In this document: positions 1-9,538 of the stretch, one piece after another
Position numbering within the stretch: position 1 is the first letter of the stretch
Layout of the letters: each line of letters starts with the position of its first letter
Made by a program: the position numbers and the translations under genes
From: Euprymna scolopes
Lineage: Eukaryota
Assembly (NCBI GenBank): GCA_053919585.1
Contig: JBSSHM010000318.1
Direction: 5' to 3' (one strand)
Length of the DNA stretch: 58,284 nucleotides
The notes under the pieces: generated by a model
What the model was told of the DNA's origin: nothing
The model's database searches: none
The model's input: the letters and a program-made list of their open reading frames with translations, nothing else

Positions 1-852
1 CCACCTAGGAAGTAGATAGGTAAGACTGTAGACGCCCATCCTGGTACGGCTTGGCTACTAAAAATTTTACGTATAAAATCCAAATGCTTATCCCGATTGA
101 AAGTAAGAAAATGAGTAGTCCAATGACAGTAAAAATTCGTAGAGGTATGATGCTGAATGAGGTGAGACCATTCCATGCTAATGAAAGCATTTTGCTCAAT
201 GGATATTTTGTTTCACCGGCTGTTCGCTCTAATCTTTTGTATTCAATAACCGAATACTGAAACCCCAAAGTCATGACCACTCCCCGTAAGAAAGATTGTA
301 CTCTTGATATTGGCTGAGTGATTGTAAAGATTGCTCTCCCATTAAGCGAAAATCTGCATGATTGGGCAGTAATTTAATACCTAGATAATTCATTAAAGCA
401 TAGTATTTTTCAGCACTTACTCTTTTAAAGGTGGAATCAGCATCACGATTATTACGAACACCGAATACCATTTCATCCCCGTGGATATACTTTGCAATCA
501 TTTGTTCAATGACGGTGATGTCATCTTGCAAGTCAGCATCTATTGAAATGGCACAATCTACACGCCCCACAACACTCATCAGTCCAGCCATTAAAGCATT
601 TTGATGGCCAGTATTAGCAGCGAGCTTCAACCCTTTGATTAATGTGTTAGATTGATGATTATTAGTAATAATTTCCCATGTATCATCTTGACTACCATCA
701 TCCACGAAATAACAAAAACTTTTTATATGGATAATTTTTTTATCAATAAGTGTTTGTAAATAATTTTGTAGTGTGTGAATGGTGTGATTAAGCACCTCAT
801 GTTCATTAAAACACGGGACAACAATAGCGACAATAGGTTGTGATTTATTCAT
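1..852 (-). CDS. GtrB/YkoT-like family 2 glycosyltransferase (polyprenol-phosphate sugar transferase); two apparent -1 frameshifts; runs off the window
   Basis: Motifs VVPCFNE, VDDGSQD, GHQNAL, IDADLQD, HADFRL. Adding one base at the A3 run (291-293) restores YNLFLRGVV. Adding one at the A5 run (60-64) restores QAVPGWASTVLPIYFLG, the typical C-terminal TM segment. Confidence 0.85.
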
Positions 853-1051
853 GTTTTAGATATGCAGTTAAAAATTCCACGATGAATGACTATTATGACA
901 TATTGGATAAAGAATACTTTTGAAATCAGACTATAATTATTTTACAGGGATAAAACAGACAAAAACACAAAAGCAGAAAGTTAGTTTTATTCTTATGATG
1001 TAGATATGATATTGTACGGATTATTCTGAGTCTCATTAGGATTAAACAATT

Positions 1052-1826
1052 ATGAAAGCAGTGATTCTTGCCGGTGGGTTTGGTACACGTATTAGTGAAG
1101 AAACTCACACCAAACCAAAACCAATGATAGAAATTGGGGGCAAACCTATTTTGTGGCATATCATGAAAATTTACTCGCATTATGGGGTAAATGATTTCAT
1201 TATTTGTTGTGGATACAAGGGATATATTATTAAAGAATATTTTGCCAGCTATTTTTTGCATAATAGTGATATAACCTTTGATATGCAGAAGAATAAAATG
1301 CATATTCATAACAATCATTCAGAACCTTGGCAAGTCACCTTAATTGATACAGGTGTTGATACATTAACGGGTGGGCGATTAAAGAGAGTTTATCCACATA
1401 TTAAGGATTGTGAGTATATCCATTTTACTTATGGTGATGGATTATCTAATGTGGATATTAAAGAGCTTACTCGACATCACTTGAAGCATAAGCGTTTAGC
1501 AACTGTAACAGCAATTTACCCTCCCGGACGATTTGGTGCATTGGAATTGGAAGGTGATAGAGTCTGCTCGTTTATGGAAAAGCCAAGAGGAGATGGTTCA
1601 ATGGTTAATGGTGGTTTTTTTTGTGCTATCGCCTAAGCTATTGAATGACTACATTGAAGGAGATGAGTCCATATGGGAGCAAGAGTCCTTAATTCGCCTA
1701 TCTAAAGACAATCAGTTGACCGTTTACAGACATAATGGATTTTGGCAATCCATGGATACATTACGTGATAAGAATTTATTGCAGGAGTTATGGACAATCA
1801 ATCAAGCTCCGTGGAAGCATTGGTGA
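1052..1826 (+). CDS. rfbF: Glucose-1-phosphate cytidylyltransferase, split by one extra T in the T8 run at 1615-1622
   Basis: MKAVILAGGFGTRISEETHTKPKPM...TGGRLKR...NGGFF, continuing in the second frame as VLSP...GFWQSMDTLRDK...APWKHW. Confidence 0.9.
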
Positions 1827-1858
1827 TGGTGCATAATATGAAGATTTAAAAAACAGAT

Positions 1859-2926
1859 ATGAACAAAATTGTTAAACAGGATGTAGAATATATCCACAAT
1901 AAGTTTGTAAGCAGAGAAAAATTAAAAAATAGTACTATTATTATTACAGGTTGTGCTGGATTTTTAGGTTTTTATTTATTGCATTATTTACTTCATTATC
2001 AAAAAGATTTAGCGATAAAAAAAATTATTGGATTAGATAATTTTATGCTTAGCAAACCACAATGGATTGAGAATCTTAGCCAACAATATTCCTCTTTTTC
2101 ATTAATCAATTTTGATGTTATAAAAGATAATATTGCGGACATTGATGAGGCAGAAAATGCTAATTATATTATTCATATGGCCTCAATTGCTTCCCCTTCT
2201 TTTTATCGTCAATTCCCACTTGAGACCATGGAAGCCAATACCACGGGATTAAAAAAAATCATTGAGTTTTATAAAGATAAGCCAATTAAAGGTTTACTTA
2301 TGTTTTCCACCAGTGAAATTTATGGCGATCCAACACCTGAAAATATTCCTACGTCAGAGGAATATAGAGGTAATGTTGCTAGCATAGGTCCTCGTGCCTG
2401 TTATGACGAGGCCAAACGTTTTGCCGAAACGCTCTGCTATAACTACGCTAATGCCTACAATATGCCCATTACCTTAGTTCGTCCTTTTAATAATTATGGA
2501 CCAGGTATGTCTATTTATGATAAGAGAGTACCGGCAGATTTTGCCCAAGCGGTTATTCACAAAAGAGCAATAGAAATTCTTTCTGATGGACGTCCTACTA
2601 GAACATTTTGTTATATTGCTGATGCTATTGCAGGTTATTTATTAGCATTAACCTATGGAAAATTTGATGTATTTAATATCGGTTATGATGGTAATGAGCA
2701 TTCTATTATTGAGCTAGCCAAACAATATGTTACTATAGCCAAGTCATGTTTTAATTATGATATAGAGATTAAATTTGAACAACCCACTGATAAAGAATAT
2801 CTTACCGATAATCCTAATCGTCGTTGTCCCATTATTCGTAAAGCTCGTGAGCGACTAGCCTACCAACCGGAAATCACGCTTGAAGTGGGTTTAGAAAAAT
2901 ACTTAACATTTTTAATTGAAGCATAG
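1859..2926 (+). CDS. Extended SDR, NDP-glucuronate decarboxylase (UXS / ArnA C-terminal-like)
   Basis: GCAGFLG NAD motif; HMASIASP, STSEIYGDP, RACYDEAKR (YxxxK) and RPFNNYGPGM match UXS-type enzymes. Confidence 0.75.
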   Translation: MNKIVKQDVEYIHNKFVSREKLKNSTIIITGCAGFLGFYLLHYLLHYQKDLAIKKIIGLDNFMLSKPQWIENLSQQYSSFSLINFDVIKDNIADIDEAENANYIIHMASIASPSFYRQFPLETMEANTTGLKKIIEFYKDKPIKGLLMFSTSEIYGDPTPENIPTSEEYRGNVASIGPRACYDEAKRFAETLCYNYANAYNMPITLVRPFNNYGPGMSIYDKRVPADFAQAVIHKRAIEILSDGRPTRTFCYIADAIAGYLLALTYGKFDVFNIGYDGNEHSIIELAKQYVTIAKSCFNYDIEIKFEQPTDKEYLTDNPNRRCPIIRKARERLAYQPEITLEVGLEKYLTFLIEA

Positions 2927-2944
2927 AGAAAATAGAGAGCTATT

Positions 2945-4225
2945 TTGAACAGCATTATTATTGGATTAGGTTTTGTTGGATTAACCAGTGCATTAGGATT
3001 AGCTGAGGCTGGGCATAAGGTTATAGGTGTTGAACAGGATGCTAAAAAATTAAAACTTTTACAAAGTGGGGAAATCCCTTTTTTTGAGCCAGAACTTGCA
3101 GATAAGCTAGGGCAACATAAAGATAAGCATTTTTTTTTAGCACCAACCATTGATGAGGCATTAAATTTATGCTCTCCTGATATTGTGATGATCTGTGTTG
3201 GTACACCATCACAACAAGATGGAGCAGTAGACTTAAGCTATGTGATTAGTGCGGTGCAACAAACTTGTGATGCATTGGGTAAACAAGCATGCACAATATG
3301 TATTAAATCGACAGTTCCACCTTCTTCAGCTCGTGATGTTTTACAGCCTTTACTAGATGGCTATGATAATTTACGTTTAACGAATAACCCAGAATTTCTT
3401 AGAGAAGGTTACGCATGGCAAGATTTTATGCAACCGGATCGCATTGTCATTGGTAGCGATTGCTCACAAGCACTCAACACGTTAGAGAGGCTTTATCGTT
3501 CTTTTTCATCCCCCATACATAAAGTTAGCCTCACTGAAGCTGAATTTATTAAGTATTTATCTAATACTCTGCTTGCTACCCTCATCAGCTTTGCTAACGA
3601 GCAATCGCAAATAGCTGATACCGTTGGTGATATTAACATACAAAAAGTTTTCACTATTTTGCATGAAGATAAACGTTGGCATGATTCATCAGGTACAAAA
3701 AAAACTGTCAATATGGCAAGCTACGTTTATCCCGGATGTGGTTTTGGTGGGTATTGTTTACCTAAAGACTTGCAGGCACTCATTAACCAAGCAGAAAAGC
3801 AAGGATTTACTCCTAACTTATTAAAGCAAGTCAATGAAGTCAATATTGGTATGATAGATTATCATGCACAAAAAATTATTCATCATACCAAGCAAGATGA
3901 TAAGATAGCTATCCTAGGATTAGCCTTTAAACCAAATTCTGATGATGTGCGAGATACTCCAGCTCATAAAATCATTGCTGCATTATTAAACGGTGATAGG
4001 AAGAATATACAATGTTATGACCCCGAGGCAATGACGACTTTTACTGAACATTATGATTTTCCCATAGCATACAAACCTAGCCTTGAGGAATGTGTAACTG
4101 ATGCAGATGTTATTGTTATTTGTACAGCATGGCAAGAGTTTACACACTTAGAAGACTTAGCAAGTTTTACTAAAATTAAACAACAAGATAAATTTTTTGA
4201 CTTGCGTTATTTTTTAGCTACTTAG
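2945..4225 (+). CDS. Nucleotide-sugar (UDP-glucose/GDP-mannose family) 6-dehydrogenase
   Basis: GLGFVG, CVGTP, KSTVPP, NPEFLREG, catalytic GFGGYCLPKD, GLAFKPNSDDVRD; TTG start. Confidence 0.9.
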   Translation: MNSIIIGLGFVGLTSALGLAEAGHKVIGVEQDAKKLKLLQSGEIPFFEPELADKLGQHKDKHFFLAPTIDEALNLCSPDIVMICVGTPSQQDGAVDLSYVISAVQQTCDALGKQACTICIKSTVPPSSARDVLQPLLDGYDNLRLTNNPEFLREGYAWQDFMQPDRIVIGSDCSQALNTLERLYRSFSSPIHKVSLTEAEFIKYLSNTLLATLISFANEQSQIADTVGDINIQKVFTILHEDKRWHDSSGTKKTVNMASYVYPGCGFGGYCLPKDLQALINQAEKQGFTPNLLKQVNEVNIGMIDYHAQKIIHHTKQDDKIAILGLAFKPNSDDVRDTPAHKIIAALLNGDRKNIQCYDPEAMTTFTEHYDFPIAYKPSLEECVTDADVIVICTAWQEFTHLEDLASFTKIKQQDKFFDLRYFLAT

Positions 4226-4229
4226 AAAT

Positions 4230-4757
4230 ATGGAATTTATGCATAGCAAATTAGCAGGAGTTTTTTTGATTAAGCATGTGCAACATGCCGATGATCGTGG
4301 TTATTTTACACGGTTGTTTTGTAACAAGGAAATACAAGCAATTACTAGCAATTCAGCATTTGTGCAATCCAATTTTTGCCACACTCAACAAGCCCATACT
4401 TTCCGTGGTTTGCACTATCAAGTTGCCCCACACAGTGAAGCAAAAATAATCAAATGTATGAATGGCGAGATTATTGATGTGGTTGTGGATATGCGTGATG
4501 ATTCACCCACTTATCTACAGAGCTTAGAGATAAATTTAAAAGCAGATGAACCCATGATGATATTTGTTCCAGAGGGATTTGCCCATGGCTATCTTTCTTT
4601 ACAAGATGATACAAAAATTATTTATTTTACGAATAACCACTATCATCTCGAGGCAGAAAGAGGATTGAATCCCTTAGACCCTAAACTCAATTTAGAAGTT
4701 AAAGATAAAATTAAAATTTTGTCAGATAAAGACAAAAACGCCCCATTCTTGTCTTAA
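4230..4757 (+). CDS. RmlC/RfbC-family NDP-4-keto-sugar 3(,5)-epimerase
   Basis: DDRGYF, RGLHYQ, DVVVDMR, VPEGFAHGY, LSDKD. Confidence 0.85.
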   Translation: MEFMHSKLAGVFLIKHVQHADDRGYFTRLFCNKEIQAITSNSAFVQSNFCHTQQAHTFRGLHYQVAPHSEAKIIKCMNGEIIDVVVDMRDDSPTYLQSLEINLKADEPMMIFVPEGFAHGYLSLQDDTKIIYFTNNHYHLEAERGLNPLDPKLNLEVKDKIKILSDKDKNAPFLS

Positions 4758-4788
4758 CGCCTACTATCACAAATACATAAATATCTGC

Positions 4789-5193
4789 GTGCCTAAGATT
4801 GATAGAAGAATAACATTTATTTTTGTCGGCTTTTTGGGTGCAGGGTCAGATTTTGCCATATTTTGGTTTTTATATACGATCATTCTTCTTAATCCAATTA
4901 TTGCCAATATTATCTCTTTTCATATTGCGGTGATGGTTGGATTGATCTTGCAAGCACGATTGACTTTTGCTTTATCGCTTGGCATTAAGCAAATACTCAT
5001 GCGATACTCTTTTTCTTATATTATCCTTATGTATATTAACTTAGTGGCATCCTCTCTCATGTTATGGGCAGGCATTAGCTTTAGCACTATTTTGCCACTA
5101 TGGATTAAGTTATTTTCCATGGTGGTGATTGCCATTTGGAGTTACTTTATTCAAAAAAATATTATTTTCAAACAAGACTCTCTTGAAGTATGA
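4789..5193 (+). CDS. GtrA-family flippase
   Basis: 134 aa, four hydrophobic segments, F..VG...ANIISF...SYFIQKNIIF pattern, glycan-locus context. Confidence 0.8.
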   Translation: MPKIDRRITFIFVGFLGAGSDFAIFWFLYTIILLNPIIANIISFHIAVMVGLILQARLTFALSLGIKQILMRYSFSYIILMYINLVASSLMLWAGISFSTILPLWIKLFSMVVIAIWSYFIQKNIIFKQDSLEV

Positions 5194-6106
5194 CCATTCT
5201 TATTACTGGAGGAACAGGTTTTATAGGCAAACACCTCATTACTTATTTAACTAATCATTATCCCCATAAGCAGTTGATATTACTTGCTCGCAAAACTTCT
5301 GCTTGGCAATCCATTCATGCCATCACTCATAAGGTGCAAATCGCATATATTGAGCAAGGTATAGATGATTTATATCATCAAGATATAGAGGCGATTATCC
5401 ATCTTGCCACAGACTATGGCAAGAAAGATAAAAATAATCAGGTAAATATTCAGCAAATTAATCAAAGCAATGTTCAATTGGGTCTAGAACTATTAGCCTT
5501 AGCTGAATCCAAGCAAATTCCCTTTCTATATAGTGATACATTTTTATCCTTGCGGATAAAAATTATCCCTACATGAGGGAATACATACAATCTAAACGAC
5601 ATTTTTTTGAATGGCTATGCTACTATGCTCAGCAACAACGAGTTTGTGTGCATAATTTACGACTATTTCATCCGTTTGGAGAAGGCGATAAACCACAAAA
5701 ATTTTTCTCAACGATGATAAAAAAATGCCTAAACCATGAAGCTATTGATTTAACTGAAGGCTTACAGCAACGAGATTTTATCTACATACACGATGCTATC
5801 CAAGCTTTTAGCTGTGTGTTAGAGCATGCACTGAATACGCATGATAAAGAAAAGCAAAAAGAAAAAGTATGGTGGAATCACTATGAAGTGGGCTACGGCA
5901 CAGGCACATCCGTTCGTCAACTAGTGGAATGGATTAAACAATTTAGCCATTCTACCAGTCAGCTTAATTTTGGTGCAATTCCTATGCGTAAAGGTGAATT
6001 TGAGGGTGATTTTGCTAATCCTGAGGCACTCATAAATATTGGTTGGATACCACAATTTTCAGTTGAAACAGGAATTAAACAAGCCCTTGCTCAAAGCAAA
6101 CAATAA
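5190..6106 (+). CDS. RfbJ/RfbS-like CDP-4-keto-sugar reductase (SDR), split by a -1 frameshift at the T5 run 5541-5545
   Basis: GGTGFIG, IIHLATDYG; adding one T gives SDTFFILADKNYPYMREYIQSKRHF (YxxxK); NLRLFHPFG, QRDFIYIHD. Confidence 0.75.
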
Positions 6107-6281
6107 AAGATAAATAATCAGAGGCAAGCAAGATGATGAATTGCTTCTCCACGTAGGGTATGGATTGATAGGGATAGTAAGGATTTTGCCTATTTTGATG
6201 ATCCTTTTTTATACAATACTAACAAACAGCATAAAATTATACATACGATTTTGATTATTTTTTGAGCATTTAGGAGCAAGT

Positions 6282-7298
6282 ATGAGTGAATTTACACACA
6301 CACAGCACACCACTATCAATATTCAAGCACAAAATACCAATCTTGAAGTCTTAAAAAAACACTTCTCGCATTGCTTTACTAAAGATGGCGAGCTCGATTT
6401 TGCTAAGCTTAAAACAGAACTATCACAAAATAACGATATAAACTTTTCAAAAGAGAGTTACTCTTTAGACTGGTTAGGGAAAAGCTATGCACGACTGTTA
6501 GCAACAGATAACGCAACTACTTTCCTTACAGAAGATACAACACACAATAACAAAGCAGAAAACAAAAACTCAAATAATCTACTTATAAAGGGTGATAACC
6601 TTGAAGTATTAAAGCACCTCTCCCATGCCTATCACGAAAAGGTAAAAATGATATATATAGACCCACCCTACAACACAGGGGGTGATGGTTTTGTACATCA
6701 AGCATTACAAAACTCTCATTTAGATTTAAAAAGCTCATTAAGTGCAACAAACATTAGACTATTAAAAAATAAGTTTAATGATTATTTAATGCACAAGGCT
6801 ATGACTAAGTTTGAAATAGGATATAAAAAAGTATCTAACACTATCCATCCCACCAAATTCACTGATAGTAAAGGAAAAGTGTTAAAAGAAGTTGATGCAA
6901 GTGATATTGGCGTGCATGAATCAACAGAGTCAGTTGCTGAAAAATATTTTATAGATGAACTGTTTTATGACTCTGAACTAGAAAAACAAAATATTCAAGA
7001 AAATATTAAAGAAGTTATCGTTTTTACCAAAATACCCAAAAACTCAATTAAAATACCCGTAGCAGGTGGCAAAAGTTACTCGCCAGATTTTGCCTATGTA
7101 GTAAAAAATACAGATGGTAACAAAAAATTAAACTTTGTAATAGAAACAAAAAATGTAGTGAGTGAAGAACACTTAAGACAAGAAGAACAACAAAAAATAG
7201 AATCTGCTAAAAAGCTATTTAATAATGATATTAGCATCACATTTAAAAGTCAGTTTAAAAATAAAAGAATCGAAGAAATTTTGCAGGAATTGAGTTAA
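6282..7298 (+). pseudogene. In-frame chimera of type III R-M Mod N-terminus and Res C-terminal PD-(D/E)xK nuclease domain (deletion remnant)
   Basis: N-part ESYSLDWLGKSYAR, NLLIKGDNLEVLKHL, MIYIDPPYNTG; C-part FYDSELEK, VFTKIPKNSIKIPVAGGKSYSPDFAYV, VIETK; junction near 6695. Confidence 0.8.
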
Positions 7299-7309
7299 TT
7301 AAATGAATC

Positions 7310-8302
7310 ATGAAAAAGGATAGTTTCTCAAAAGAACAAAAATTAGTAAGCGTGGTGATTCCTGTGTTGAATGAGCAGGACAATATTGAACATACTTTTG
7401 CAGAGTTGCAAAAATTATTTGCTAAGTTATCTGAGTATCAGTTTGAATTAATTTTCACGGATAATGCTAGTACGGATGAGAGCTATGCGATGTTGCAGAC
7501 ATTACAACAGGCTCATCCTGATTTGGTTCGGGTGTTTCGTTTTTCAAAAAACTTTGGTTATCAGGCATCGATTTTGACAGGTTATAAAAAGGCACGAGGT
7601 GATGCCATTGTGCAATTAGATTGTGATTTACAAGACCCACCAGAGATGATTGCAGATTTTCTTAAGCTATGGGAGAATGGTTATGCGGTGGTATATGGCG
7701 TGCGTACAAAACGAGATGAAAATTGGTTGATGGAGAAAACACGCAAGCTATTTTATCGACTAGCGAATTTTCTTTCAGAAGAGCCGTTGCCATTAGATGC
7801 AGGAGATTTTCGTTTGATTGATCGCAAAATCATGCAGGCATTGAATTACTTTCATGATGCACAGCCGTATTTACGAGGGGCAATCTCACAAATGGGTTTT
7901 AAGCAAATTGGGGTGGAGTATGAGCGACACCGCCGTCTACATGGAAAGTCTAATTTTTCTATTTTTAGCTTAACCTCTCTTGCTTTGGATGGTATTTTAA
8001 ATCATTCTATTATGCCATTGAGAATTGCCAGTTTAATTGGTGTGATTGTTTTTCCGCTATCAATACTTGTGTTTTTTGGTTATTTTATTGCTAAATTTTT
8101 GTTTTCAGGCACTATTCCTCAAGGCTTTACTACCATTGTGCTAATGTTAATCATTAGTATTGGTTTAAATGCTTTATTGTTGGGAATTATTGGTGAGTAC
8201 ATGGGCAGAATTTATAAACAGGTAAAGAATAAACCCTTGACAATTATTGATAAACAATGTGATCAATACAGTGAGGAGGATAGTAACATTACCCCACCGT
8301 AA
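7310..8302 (+). CDS. GtrB/ArnC-like family 2 glycosyltransferase
   Basis: VVIPVLNE, DNASTD, FSKNFG, LDCDLQDPP, GDFRL, two C-terminal TMs ending LGIIGEYMGRIY. Confidence 0.9.
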   Translation: MKKDSFSKEQKLVSVVIPVLNEQDNIEHTFAELQKLFAKLSEYQFELIFTDNASTDESYAMLQTLQQAHPDLVRVFRFSKNFGYQASILTGYKKARGDAIVQLDCDLQDPPEMIADFLKLWENGYAVVYGVRTKRDENWLMEKTRKLFYRLANFLSEEPLPLDAGDFRLIDRKIMQALNYFHDAQPYLRGAISQMGFKQIGVEYERHRRLHGKSNFSIFSLTSLALDGILNHSIMPLRIASLIGVIVFPLSILVFFGYFIAKFLFSGTIPQGFTTIVLMLIISIGLNALLLGIIGEYMGRIYKQVKNKPLTIIDKQCDQYSEEDSNITPP

Positions 8303-8446
8303 ATGAGGGTTTAATGGGGTAGTGTGTAGGTTTATCTGTGGGGAGAGATTATTCACATTTAAAATCACCTCATTACCAATCACCTCATCAGCTAATCTAT
8401 ATAGAAAAAAAGACAAAATATTGAATGGGATAAGGCGTTATAGACG

Positions 8447-9535
8447 TTATAAATGGACATCTCTACGATGGTTTTGGGTTTTAGGCAATAGATAGTAATA
8501 GAGGGAGAGATAGAGCATGATAAAGATTAATAGTGCGGTTAAGGTGAGAGTAGAATTGTGATAAGTCAATAGTGAGGCAACCATAGGTAGGGTAGCGAAA
8601 AGGTATAGGAATAAGCTTGTCATGGTGTGTGCCCAGCGTTGGCTTTTTTTCTGATTGCGTTTGTGTGGCAAAATCACTCTTTTGTAAACGAGCATATGTA
8701 GGTGCAGACCATCGGGTTGTCCAGGGGACATTTTTCGTAATACTTTTTTTCGATACATAGAAAATAAAGTTTCAATAATCGGGTAGCTCATAATCAGGAA
8801 TCCACTCCAAGGAGTAATCATATTGTGGCGAGTAACTAATAAGACCGCAATTTCTGCTAAAACAAATCCGATGGTGTATGCCCCACCATCACCCATAAAA
8901 ATTTTTCCCCAGTAAAAATTCCATAGAAGAAAACCTAAAATGGCAAAGATGAGTAATAGGCAAGTGATGAGTATAAAATTATCGTCTAGACTTATGGCAA
9001 TGAGAGTAAAGGTACTTGCAGCAAGAATGCTTACACCACCCATCAAACCATTATAGCCATCAATAATATTGATAGAATGTGCAACACCGCCTACAGCAAA
9101 CATGGTGAATATCAAAGATAGCCACCACCATTGACTTAAGCCATCATCAAATAAGTAAACCCCCACACGATGTAATTGAGCATCAACAAATAACCAAGCA
9201 AGTCCGGCGGCAATAAAGGTGAACCATAGGCGTTTAGTGGGGGAGACTTTTTCGCTTATATCCTCACCAATGCCACTTAGAAAAGCAGGTAAAGCACAGA
9301 GAAAGAGTCCGATTAGGGATGAGTTTTGAACTAGTGTGGCACTGATTAACAAGGATAGATAGATAGCGATACCACCCAAACGAGGTACGGCTATTGAATG
9401 AAATTTTTGTGGAGAATGAGAGGGAGAATCTAATCCAATGGTGAATTTTTTTGCAAGCCATATGGTTAAGGCACAGCTGATGAAACTGATGGTTAAGGTG
9501 AGAATGCTTAGGGTTAACGGAATAGCAGTCAACAT
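8447..9535 (-). CDS. WecA/WbpL-like polyprenyl-phosphate HexNAc-1-phosphate transferase (MraY/Glycos_transf_4)
   Basis: PRLGG, NIIDGYNGL, IFMGDGG, PDGLHLH; polytopic membrane protein. Confidence 0.85.
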   Translation of the reverse strand: MLTAIPLTLSILTLTISFISCALTIWLAKKFTIGLDSPSHSPQKFHSIAVPRLGGIAIYLSLLISATLVQNSSLIGLFLCALPAFLSGIGEDISEKVSPTKRLWFTFIAAGLAWLFVDAQLHRVGVYLFDDGLSQWWWLSLIFTMFAVGGVAHSINIIDGYNGLMGGVSILAASTFTLIAISLDDNFILITCLLLIFAILGFLLWNFYWGKIFMGDGGAYTIGFVLAEIAVLLVTRHNMITPWSGFLIMSYPIIETLFSMYRKKVLRKMSPGQPDGLHLHMLVYKRVILPHKRNQKKSQRWAHTMTSLFLYLFATLPMVASLLTYHNSTLTLTALLIFIMLYLSLYYYLLPKTQNHRRDVHL

Positions 9536-9538
9536 AAT

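Noticed and set aside
926-1318. 130-aa antisense ORF and similar short ORFs nested in or opposite long genes (e.g. 42071-42457, 48257-48640)
   Set aside because: Shadow frames of well-supported genes, with no motifs
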